Origin: Anaerolineae bacterium
GTDB taxonomy: Bacteria; Chloroflexota; Anaerolineae; Aggregatilineales; UBA3940
Direction of reading: 5' to 3'
Assembly (NCBI GenBank): GCA_034434995.1
Contig: DAOTYF010000020.1
Coordinates: forward strand, 2,486-66,485
Length of the DNA: 64,000 nt
The notes beneath the pieces were generated by a model, which worked only from the letters and a program-made list of their open reading frames with translations, searched no databases and was not told the DNA's origin. Positions 19,933-27,597 of this stretch are shown one piece after another. Position 1 is the stretch's first letter. Every line of letters begins with the position of its first letter. The position numbers were made by a program, and so were the translations under genes.

Positions 19933-20831
19933 AACACCCCTTCACGCCGCAGGATGTCACGGATCAAGTCTTTGCGGGCCTGACCGCCGAGCAGTTCCAG
20001 CTTGCGGATGCCCAGAGGATCGATCTGCTCACGCAACAAGGCCACCTCCTCAACACTTGGCGGCGGCGTCTCATGGACATCCGATGCAATATCTAGCTCG
20101 AATCCCGTCTTCCTTTTAATCTGCTCTTTGGACACTCCGGGATGGTAACTGATGAGGCGCATTCTGCCGCCGGCCCAATCGAATTGCCCTAGATCGGTGA
20201 TGCAGGCGCAAGGCCCCGCGCCATGTGTTCGCCCCGGCACATGCCCCAACCCACTCACAAAATCCACTTTGTCGACAAATGTCACCCTCGAGTGGCGCGG
20301 CACGTAGATGTATACTTCATGGGAGTACACACTCACGTCGGGAATGCCGCCAGTTCCCGGCAGGCGTATGAAGGGTCGTTCATAGTCCTGCCCCAGAGCG
20401 ATGTTGTTGAAGTTGCCCTGTGCATCGATCTGGGCGGGCCGGAAGAATTCCTTGAAGGGGTGACGTGGCATGATCTCGGTCACCACCCTGGCAAAACCGA
20501 TCTCGACCAGCGCCTTACCCAACCAAAGCTCTTCAATCCGGGCCAGCCCCAGCGGGGCCCAGTCTTCGCACAATGCCTGCCCGATAGCCGAGGCGAAGCG
20601 CAGGTTAGGGGCATGGGTCAGCTTGGCAAGCAGATAACCGGCTACCACGAGGGGCGTTGCCAGCCCCTGAGCAACTGTGTCACCATCTCGAATTAACCGC
20701 GCGATGCAAACGCTGATGACTTCATCTATCGTATAATCGGTGCTGGTATTTCCCATCATGGGGGTCATGGTAGCACAAGTGGTGGATTGTGTCATCTTGT
20801 TCCCAAGCGTAAGCACGTTGAGACCGCACAA
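19929..20831 (-). CDS. CoA-transferase beta-subunit-like protein (glutaconate/3-oxoacid CoA-transferase B family)
   Basis: DYTIDEVISVCIARLIRDGDTVAQGLATPLVVAGYLLAK, GTGGIPD and PGVSKEQIKRKTGFELD resemble GctB/ScoB-type subunits. The true start is probably internal (MTQST or MTPMMG). No alpha subunit lies adjacent. Confidence 0.65.
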   Translation of the reverse strand: MCGLNVLTLGNKMTQSTTCATMTPMMGNTSTDYTIDEVISVCIARLIRDGDTVAQGLATPLVVAGYLLAKLTHAPNLRFASAIGQALCEDWAPLGLARIEELWLGKALVEIGFARVVTEIMPRHPFKEFFRPAQIDAQGNFNNIALGQDYERPFIRLPGTGGIPDVSVYSHEVYIYVPRHSRVTFVDKVDFVSGLGHVPGRTHGAGPCACITDLGQFDWAGGRMRLISYHPGVSKEQIKRKTGFELDIASDVHETPPPSVEEVALLREQIDPLGIRKLELLGGQARKDLIRDILRREGVL

Positions 20832-20852
20832 CGCCGCTTTTCTTAGCGAGAT

Positions 20853-21674
20853 GTGTTCTTGAGTGAGCGTGATCGCGCCCGATCGGTTCTTTATGGCCTA
20901 GCCTTGGGAGATAGCCTTAGCTGGTCGGTGCGGCATCTCCCGAGAGGGGGCGACCGCGACAGCGGTGGCAGGTTGGTTGTGCAGGAACCTTCCGACCCTG
21001 CCAGGGTGACTACTGAAACCTGGTCGACCGTTTCTGTTACGGAGGCACTGGTCGAGGCAGATGATGCGAACCTGGGTGAGCTGGCGGAGGTCGTGAGGCG
21101 GCAATTCGCCCCCCGGGGCGGATCGGTAGCCTCGATAGCCCCGGTTGGCTACCTGTACCAGCATGATCCGGATCGGCTGCGTGAGGTGGCCTATGCCGTT
21201 GGCAGTGCTGCCCATATCCGCCCTGCTGCTGCCATCGGCACGGCTTACCTTATTAAACTTGCATTGGATGGGGCCTCTCCGGATCAGTACATCCGCGAGA
21301 CGTTGGCATTTACCAACAGCATCTCGGACGAGTTTGACGATGCGATGTTGAGAATTGGCCATGCTATCGGATGGACGGACGAACAGGCAGCGATTGCTCA
21401 TATCGGAGTCGGTAGGACGGAAGACGCCGCAGTGGCGATGGCGGCCTACTGCGCCATCCGGCACAGCGACGACTATGTGCGCGCTGTCTGCCTGGGGGCA
21501 TATACCCCCAGCCATTCGGATCCAGTCGGCTCACTGGCTGGGGGGTTGGTGGCGGCCCGGCTTGGCCCGGGCGCGATCCCTCGTGAGTGGGTCGCTCGCC
21601 TGGAGGTTGCGGGTCGTCTTACCGATCTGGCCGACCGCCTGGCAGCCAGAAAGATGCACCTCTATAGCAAGTAA
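20853..21674 (+). CDS. ADP-ribosylglycohydrolase family protein (divergent, short)
   Basis: The N-terminal LYGLALGDSLSW matches the GxxxGDALG motif. The C-terminal SHSDPVGSLAGGLVAARLGPGAIPREWV resembles the DSDS..AGxLxGAxxG..IP..W motif but is degenerate. Confidence 0.6.
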   Translation: MFLSERDRARSVLYGLALGDSLSWSVRHLPRGGDRDSGGRLVVQEPSDPARVTTETWSTVSVTEALVEADDANLGELAEVVRRQFAPRGGSVASIAPVGYLYQHDPDRLREVAYAVGSAAHIRPAAAIGTAYLIKLALDGASPDQYIRETLAFTNSISDEFDDAMLRIGHAIGWTDEQAAIAHIGVGRTEDAAVAMAAYCAIRHSDDYVRAVCLGAYTPSHSDPVGSLAGGLVAARLGPGAIPREWVARLEVAGRLTDLADRLAARKMHLYSK

Positions 21675-21737
21675 CGATATTATAAAATATTGCGACCTAC
21701 TGGCGCACTATGCCGGTGCTCCTTGATCGAACACTGA

Positions 21738-22712
21738 TTAGAGATAGGGCATCTCAAGCAGCATGACCTCGAGGGCGAGACGGGCATTGGCATTGCGGTC
21801 GAGGCAATGGAGCGTGTCACGGACGGCCTTCAGGGCGCGGCGAGCGGCTTCCGCGCCAACTTCGTCGGCCAGCGCTTTAATATCCGCCCGGCGGTCGATA
21901 TGGATGGGTTCGGTGCGGCTGCCTTCTGCCCACAGCAGCACATCTCTCCACCATGATTGCCATACATCAAGCACCTGCCGAAGGTTGTTCGCCCGGGCGG
22001 TGACCTCCGCGAAGGCGAAACGGCCATCACGATTGGCGCGCAGCACGGTCAGCAGATCGCTTAGAATAGCAGCCTGCTCCGCGAGCGCGTCTGGTTGCCG
22101 CGCCATTGTGAATGCCCAGCCGGGCCGCCCTCCAGAAAGATGTGCCAAAAGCGCAGCCTGTTCAGCATCAAGGCCCGCTCTCTCCATCAGCGCCGATTCG
22201 ATCTGAGCGCGCGGCACGGGCCGCAGCGGGATCACCTGGCAGCGCGAGGGGATGGTCGGCAGTAGAGCATCTGGCATGTCAGCAGTCAAGATAAGCTGAG
22301 TCTGGGAGGGCGGCTCTTCTAGCGTTTTGAGCAGGGCATCCATCGCCTGTTCAGTCGTATTATGAAAAGCCACTAGAACAGCAATTCTATAGCGGGCCTC
22401 GAAGGGGCGTAGCACGAGGAGTCCCTGCATCTCGCGGATCGCCTCAATCTTGATCCGGTCGGCCTCGCCGCTGAGGACATGAACATCGGGGTGTATGCCT
22501 CGTTCGATCAGATCGCAGGGGCGGCACTGACCACATGGGGGGTGCGTACCGACGCAGTTGATCGCCTGCGCCAGGCGGATCGCCAGCGTCGTTTTGCCGA
22601 TCCTGGCAGGGCCGGTGAACAGAGTCGCGTGGCGGATGCGCCCGCTGGCAACGCGCCTGGACAGAAGTTCGACTGCCCACTCGTGACCAACGATTTCCCA
22701 GTTCGTTTGCAT
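21738..22712 (-). CDS. holB: DNA polymerase III delta-prime subunit
   Basis: From the ATG at 22712: MQTNWEIVGHEWAVELLSRRVASGRIRHATLFTGPARIGKTTLAIRLAQAINC, Zn-module-like CGQCRPC, and the SRC motif IPSRCQVIPL. The listed ORF extends upstream to 22922 with non-homologous sequence. Confidence 0.8.
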   Translation of the reverse strand: MQTNWEIVGHEWAVELLSRRVASGRIRHATLFTGPARIGKTTLAIRLAQAINCVGTHPPCGQCRPCDLIERGIHPDVHVLSGEADRIKIEAIREMQGLLVLRPFEARYRIAVLVAFHNTTEQAMDALLKTLEEPPSQTQLILTADMPDALLPTIPSRCQVIPLRPVPRAQIESALMERAGLDAEQAALLAHLSGGRPGWAFTMARQPDALAEQAAILSDLLTVLRANRDGRFAFAEVTARANNLRQVLDVWQSWWRDVLLWAEGSRTEPIHIDRRADIKALADEVGAEAARRALKAVRDTLHCLDRNANARLALEVMLLEMPYL

Positions 22713-22800
22713 AAGGATATTAGACCGCAGGAGATAAAGGGGGCACAAATAGCGGTTGGGACATACATAGCCCCCGCCTGTGCTTGATCCAACCTTGGCC

Positions 22801-23094
22801 TTATATTTTACTACTTCTGCTCTCCTTAGCAGAACCCCTGGGGAGAGAAAAGGCCGAGCTTGCTTCTTCTGCTTGCGAGCAGGGGAAGAGGGCCTCACAG
22901 TTATGACAGCGCACAGGAGCATTACAGTCCCACACCTCTATCTCCGGTTCGCCGCAATGAGGGCAAGTTAAGTACAAGGGGTATTCTGCTTGCGGCTCTG
23001 GTGGGCACTCAGCAGACTGCTGCCCTAGCCTGCTGAGCCAGGCTGCTATCTTCCGTGCCAGCCATGAGGGCTTGTCGTCTTTCCGCTGGCGCAT
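22801..23094 (-). CDS. Hypothetical small zinc-ribbon protein
   Basis: 97 aa with CPHC..x17..CHNC, a four-Cys ribbon pattern. No recognised family, so the coding status is uncertain. Confidence 0.35.
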   Translation of the reverse strand: MRQRKDDKPSWLARKIAAWLSRLGQQSAECPPEPQAEYPLYLTCPHCGEPEIEVWDCNAPVRCHNCEALFPCSQAEEASSAFSLPRGSAKESRSSKI

Positions 23095-23238
23095 CAGGCT
23101 CCTCGATCCCCCAGTTCCTGCGATAACGACAATCTAAGCCCATAGCTGCAACCTTACTATGATGTAGGTCATACTGGCTGTGCTTTTACGCTTGCGCCGG
23201 TTTGCTCTTATTTTCACAATAAGGATGAATCCGGTGAA

Positions 23239-23256
23239 ATATGACGCAAATCATAT
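23239..23256 (+). promoter_or_regulatory. Candidate CRP/FNR-family binding site upstream of the oxidase cluster
   Basis: ATATGA-cgcaaa-TCATAT is an 18-bp perfect palindrome with the TGA-N6-TCA core of CRP/FNR boxes. TAGAAT at 23277-23282 is a candidate -10 hexamer 20 nt downstream. Confidence 0.4.
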
Positions 23257-23377
23257 CCTTCTACCTCAACCACCCCTAGAATGCAGGAAAAGGGGCCTGT
23301 TCAAGATGACTTGGCCCAAAGCCGAGCGCGCACGTCGTTCTGAAGGCCCGTGCTGAATATTGAAGGAGGTTCATATC

Positions 23378-23536
23378 ATGGCAACTGACCAGGAGAAGGG
23401 AGAAGAGCAACCCATCCCACGGGGTCAGATTCTCTTTGATCGATGGTTCCTGTTATTCGCGCTCTCGCTTATTCTCAGCCTCGTCTTTTACAATGCCTGG
23501 GATCTGCTGGAACTGATCTCATTGCCGACGAGATAG
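23378..23536 (+). CDS. Small single-TM protein (52 aa), candidate oxidase subunit IIa-like; absent from the ORF track
   Basis: GAAGGAGG lies 7 nt before the ATG. Translation is MATDQEKGEEQPIPRGQILFDRWFLLFALSLILSLVFYNAWDLLELISLPTR, with one hydrophobic helix. It sits directly upstream of subunit II, as in the Thermus cbaD-cbaB-cbaA order. Confidence 0.5.
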   Translation: MATDQEKGEEQPIPRGQILFDRWFLLFALSLILSLVFYNAWDLLELISLPTR

Positions 23537-23570
23537 CACCGGTAGATCAGACTGGGGAAAGGGGTGCCTC

Positions 23571-24101
23571 ATGCTTGCTCCGCCAAGGAACTGGTGGAAA
23601 CCACTCGGACGTCAAGAGCGCAACTGGCTGCTTGTGGCGTTTGTGTGGTGCATTTTCATGACGGCTATGATGCCACTATGGTTCTTCTTTGGTCGCCAGA
23701 ACGTCCCGGCCACCACCTATCGCGTTGCGCCGGAGAGTTTCGTCGCTGAGGTGAACGCCTTCGTTGAGCAATATCAGATCGGCGAGGAGCAGCTCGGATC
23801 GACGACGCTGCCCGTGGTGGCCCCACCGCCTGGTGACGTTTTCCTGTTGGCACGTCAGTTCCAGTGGTATCCGATCCTCCAGTTGGAACGCGGCCAGACA
23901 TACCAGCTTCATCTCTCGTCCGCCGATGTGAGTCATGGCTTCTCGCTCCAGCCCACCAATCTTAACCTGATGGTGTTGCCGGGGTATGACTATGTTGTGA
24001 CCCTGACCCCTACCGAGAGCGGCGAGTTTTCTGTAGTCTGCAATGAATACTGCTTCTACGGCCACCACCTGATGGTCGGCAAGATCATCGTCCAAGACTA
24101 G
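23571..24101 (+). CDS. Haem-copper oxidase subunit II (single TM plus cupredoxin with a complete CuA site)
   Basis: H122 (VSHGF) and C157-N-E-Y-C161-FYG-H165-HL-M168 (24039-24074) match H..CxExCx3Hx2M. At 176 aa with one N-terminal TM it resembles ba3-type subunit II. Confidence 0.9.
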   Translation: MLAPPRNWWKPLGRQERNWLLVAFVWCIFMTAMMPLWFFFGRQNVPATTYRVAPESFVAEVNAFVEQYQIGEEQLGSTTLPVVAPPPGDVFLLARQFQWYPILQLERGQTYQLHLSSADVSHGFSLQPTNLNLMVLPGYDYVVTLTPTESGEFSVVCNEYCFYGHHLMVGKIIVQD

Positions 24102-24129
24102 TGGCCTCTTAGTTAAGGAGGAAAATAAC

Positions 24130-25866
24130 GTGGCTGTTGGAGCAATCCCCATGGGGAAGCAAGTGGCAGGGTTTGAATCGCGTACCTGCCCGGTCACCCG
24201 CTACGTGGTCGATCTGGCCTCTGAGCGGCTGATCATTGTCAATGCGGTGTCAGCGATAGTCTTCCTGCTGATTGGTGGCATCATTGCGCTGCTGCTGGCG
24301 CTGACACGGTGGCAGGCCATTCACCTGTTGCCATCGGTCTGGTACTATCGCCTAGTGACAGCGCATGGCATCAGCATGTTGGTGGCCTGGATTGTGTTCT
24401 TTGAGGTTGCCGGGCTGTATTTCGGCAGCACGGTGATGTTGAATGCGCGGCATGTAAGCCCTGGGTTGGGCTGGGTCGCATGGGTGCTGATGGCGGTCGG
24501 GGGCCTGATGGCCGCCTTCGCCGTGCTGCTTGGCCCTCTCGTTGGGCTAGAACCATCGGATGTGATGTTCACGGCTTATGTGCCTCTCAAGGCGCATCCG
24601 TTGTTTTATCTCGGTGTGGTGCTGTTTGCTGTCGGCGCACTGATCGCCGTAGGGCTGTTCTTTGCCAATCTGGTCGTTGCCCGCAGGGAGCGTCGCTACG
24701 AAGGCTCCCTGCCACTGGTTGTCTACGGCCTGTTGACGGCAGCGATCATCGCCACTTATACGCTGTTGCAGGGGGCGATAGCCTTCGTCCCGGCACTGCT
24801 GTGGTCACTCAATTTGCTGCCGAGCTACGACCCCGCGGTGTACCGTAACTTCTTCTGGGGCTTTGGCCATCCTGCGCAGCAGATCAATCTGGCGGCGATG
24901 GTGGCAGTGTGGTATGCGCTGGCATCGATCACCACCGGTGCGGCCCCCCTCAATGAAAAACTGTCACGGCTTGCGTTCATCCTGTACCTGTTCTTCATCA
25001 ACCTGGGATCAGCTCACCATCTGCTGGTTGATCCGGGGCCGGGCTTCGTCTGGAAAGTATTCAACACGTCCTATGGGATGTACTTGGCCGTGCTAGGCAG
25101 CCTGATCCACGCCTTCTCGATCCCGGCAGCGCTGGAGGTGGCTCTGCGGAAGAAGGGCTTCAATCGCGGCTTATTCGAGTGGCTGCGAAAGGGCCCCTGG
25201 CGCGAGCCAGGCTTTGCAGCCCTGGTGATCTCCATGTTTATCTTCGGCTGGATTGGCGGTGTGACGGGCGTCACGATGGGCACCGAGCAGATCAACATGA
25301 TCCAGCACAACACGCTGCGCGTGCCCGGCCATTTCCACGCGACCGTTGTCTCTGGCACGACTATCGCCTTTATGGGGTTGACTTACTATCTGATCCCGCT
25401 GATCTTCCGCCGCGAACTGAAATTCAAGAATCTAGCAACCTGGCAACCCTACATCTATGGGGCGGGTATGGTGCTGGTCTCATTGGGAATGATCACTGCC
25501 GGGATCCAGGGTGTGCCCCGCCGCCACTGGGACATCGGCTTTGCGCTGGCAGGCGGACCGTCAGTCTTCCCCGGCACGGTGAACCTGTCGCTGGCTGTGC
25601 TTGGCCTTGGTGCGATCATCGCCGTGACAGGGGGGGCGATGTTCATGATTGTGGTGCTCAGCTCGGTGTTATTCGGCACGAAGCGTGAGGCCAGCTCGCT
25701 GATGCTGGTGGCGACCGACCGCGAGCCGACTCTGATCGCAGCGGTGGAGGATGATCACCCAGCACCAAGGGGAGCATTTGCCCTGGTGATCATCTTCCTG
25801 ATCTACTTCGTGACCTTCTACCTGGCGAATTGGTGGCTCCTAGGCCGTGCCTGGGGCGTTGGCTAG
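24130..25866 (+). CDS. Haem-copper oxidase subunit I, B-family-like, cross-link Tyr replaced by Gln
   Basis: It aligns by eye to Thermus ba3 CbaA (YVPLKAHPLFYLG, DPGPGF, HNTLRVPGHFHATV). All six metal His residues are present (H79, H247, H296, H297, H401, H403). GHPIVY of ba3 reads GHPAQQ here. The RBS AAGGAGG precedes the GTG at 24130. Confidence 0.9.
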   Translation: MAVGAIPMGKQVAGFESRTCPVTRYVVDLASERLIIVNAVSAIVFLLIGGIIALLLALTRWQAIHLLPSVWYYRLVTAHGISMLVAWIVFFEVAGLYFGSTVMLNARHVSPGLGWVAWVLMAVGGLMAAFAVLLGPLVGLEPSDVMFTAYVPLKAHPLFYLGVVLFAVGALIAVGLFFANLVVARRERRYEGSLPLVVYGLLTAAIIATYTLLQGAIAFVPALLWSLNLLPSYDPAVYRNFFWGFGHPAQQINLAAMVAVWYALASITTGAAPLNEKLSRLAFILYLFFINLGSAHHLLVDPGPGFVWKVFNTSYGMYLAVLGSLIHAFSIPAALEVALRKKGFNRGLFEWLRKGPWREPGFAALVISMFIFGWIGGVTGVTMGTEQINMIQHNTLRVPGHFHATVVSGTTIAFMGLTYYLIPLIFRRELKFKNLATWQPYIYGAGMVLVSLGMITAGIQGVPRRHWDIGFALAGGPSVFPGTVNLSLAVLGLGAIIAVTGGAMFMIVVLSSVLFGTKREASSLMLVATDREPTLIAAVEDDHPAPRGAFALVIIFLIYFVTFYLANWWLLGRAWGVG

Positions 25867-25881
25867 CTGCATTCGATGTGT

Positions 25882-25911
25882 AGGGGGGCGAGGGCATAGC
25901 TTTGCCCCCCT
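25882..25911 (+). other. GC-rich hairpin between subunit I and ctaB
   Basis: AGGGGGGC-14 nt-GCCCCCCT forms an 8-bp G/C stem with no U-tract. It could be a processing or stability element. Confidence 0.35.
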
Positions 25912-25943
25912 GCCAAGCTGAGACTGACACAGGGGGGCCATCA

Positions 25944-26846
25944 ATGGAAAGCACTCGGAGCCACCTTCTCACCACCGCCACCTGGCCTCGACTTGTGGGC
26001 GAGTTAAAAGCGCTGCTTAGCCTGACCAAACCCGGCGTCACTGCGCTACTGGTCTTCACTGCCGTGACGACGGCATGGGCAGCGAGCGGCCCCTGGGTGT
26101 CGGCGGAGCGATTGCTGACGCTGGCGCTGAGCGGGGGCTTGATGGCTGGCGGAGCCGCCACGCTCAACCAGTACCTCGAACGCCACCTCGATGCACGGAT
26201 GCCTCGCACGGGGCGTCGCGCTCTGCCCTCGGGTCGGCTTAGTTCGCCGTGGATAGCGCTGTGGTGGGGAATCCTGCTTTGCGCGGCCAGCCTGTTCGTC
26301 TCGTTTCATTCCCTACCGCCGACGGCGACGTTCTTCATCCTACTAGGGTTAGTAGTCTATGTGCCTCTCTACACCCTGATCCTCAAGCAGACTACGCCGA
26401 TGAATGTCGTGATCGGCGGGTTCGCCGGGTGCTGTCCCGTGCTAGCAGGTTGGGCCGCTGTCCGCGCTGATTGGCCGCTGACCCCGTTCGCGTTGGCTGC
26501 GCTGATCTTCTTCTGGACGCCCGCCCACTTCTGGGCTTACGCGCTCGTTCACAGGGAAGGATATCGCCAAGCAGGAATCCCCATGCTGCCCGTCCAGGCC
26601 GGGTACAGGGGTGCGACTCCTTATATCTTTGCCCATAGCATGATGATGGTCGCCGCATCGGCCCTGGCTTTGCATGGGTTGGCGTTGATCGTTGCGCTGG
26701 TATGGGGGTTGGGATTCCTGGCTCAGTCCATGGACCTGTGGCGCAATCCGCATCCGCGCAAGGCATATCGCCTGTATCGGGTCTCAAACTACTACCTACT
26801 CACCGTCTTCTTCAGCATGACAGTGGGGGCGGTGCTGGGGATATAG
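25944..26846 (+). CDS. ctaB: Protohaem IX farnesyltransferase (haem O synthase)
   Basis: LTKPGVTALLVFTA, NQYLERHLDARMPRTGRRALPSG (UbiA D-rich motif region), FFWTPAHFWA. I prefer the ATG at 25944, which follows AGGGGGG, over the TTG at 25902. Confidence 0.9.
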   Translation: MESTRSHLLTTATWPRLVGELKALLSLTKPGVTALLVFTAVTTAWAASGPWVSAERLLTLALSGGLMAGGAATLNQYLERHLDARMPRTGRRALPSGRLSSPWIALWWGILLCAASLFVSFHSLPPTATFFILLGLVVYVPLYTLILKQTTPMNVVIGGFAGCCPVLAGWAAVRADWPLTPFALAALIFFWTPAHFWAYALVHREGYRQAGIPMLPVQAGYRGATPYIFAHSMMMVAASALALHGLALIVALVWGLGFLAQSMDLWRNPHPRKAYRLYRVSNYYLLTVFFSMTVGAVLGI

Positions 26847-26850
26847 GGCT

Positions 26851-27597
26851 ATGGAGCATGGATCCCATCTATCAGCGGCGGGCATGCCTGCGGTCCTAGC
26901 GGCCTTTTTGTTTGGGCTGCTAGGTAGCCTAGGACATTGTGCCTCGATGTGCGGCGCGCTCCAGGTTGTGCTCAGCCGCCGAGGATTAACCTCCGGCTGG
27001 CGGCTGCCAGCCATGCACGCCGGGCGCATTACTACCTACAGCCTATTGGGGCTGTTGGGTGGGGCGACAAGTGCGGCTATAGCTAACTGGTTCCCTGCCC
27101 TGGTAACCGTGCAAGGAATCTTTGCGCTGTTGTTCGCTCTGTTGGCAGGCTACTTCACCCTGTCGCTGTTGGGGATCGCTCCCCCAGCAGAGGTGTTGCT
27201 GTCCAACCTGACTCGCCGCTGGGGCCAAGCTGTGCGTCGCCTGACTCAGGCTGAGCCGGTGGCCCGGAGTTTCCCTGCCCTGCCAATCACAGTGGCGTTT
27301 GGCTTACTATGGGGGTTGCTGCCCTGCGGTCTGGTGATCGCGGCCCTCCTCACTGCCTTTACCAGCAATTCTGCATGGGGTGGTGCAGTGGCCATGCTGG
27401 CCTTTGGAATAGGGACATGGCCCGCCCTGCTGGTCGTTCACTGGCTGGGGGGGCGTGACGTGTCTGTGCTCGCCTGCTGGGCTCGCCCGGCCACAGCGCT
27501 GGTGATGCTGCTGTTTGGTGTGCAGATGGCCCTACGCGGTTTCGCGGCATGGGGCTGGGTCGGGCACTTTGAAGTCGGGGGGGTGATGGTGTGGTAG
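26851..27597 (+). CDS. DsbD_2/TauE-like membrane protein with HCxxMC motif
   Basis: LLGSLGHCASMCGAL near the N-terminus and about six hydrophobic helices. Family members are commonly adjacent to CcoI-type ATPases. The family assignment is from memory. Confidence 0.65.
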   Translation: MEHGSHLSAAGMPAVLAAFLFGLLGSLGHCASMCGALQVVLSRRGLTSGWRLPAMHAGRITTYSLLGLLGGATSAAIANWFPALVTVQGIFALLFALLAGYFTLSLLGIAPPAEVLLSNLTRRWGQAVRRLTQAEPVARSFPALPITVAFGLLWGLLPCGLVIAALLTAFTSNSAWGGAVAMLAFGIGTWPALLVVHWLGGRDVSVLACWARPATALVMLLFGVQMALRGFAAWGWVGHFEVGGVMVW

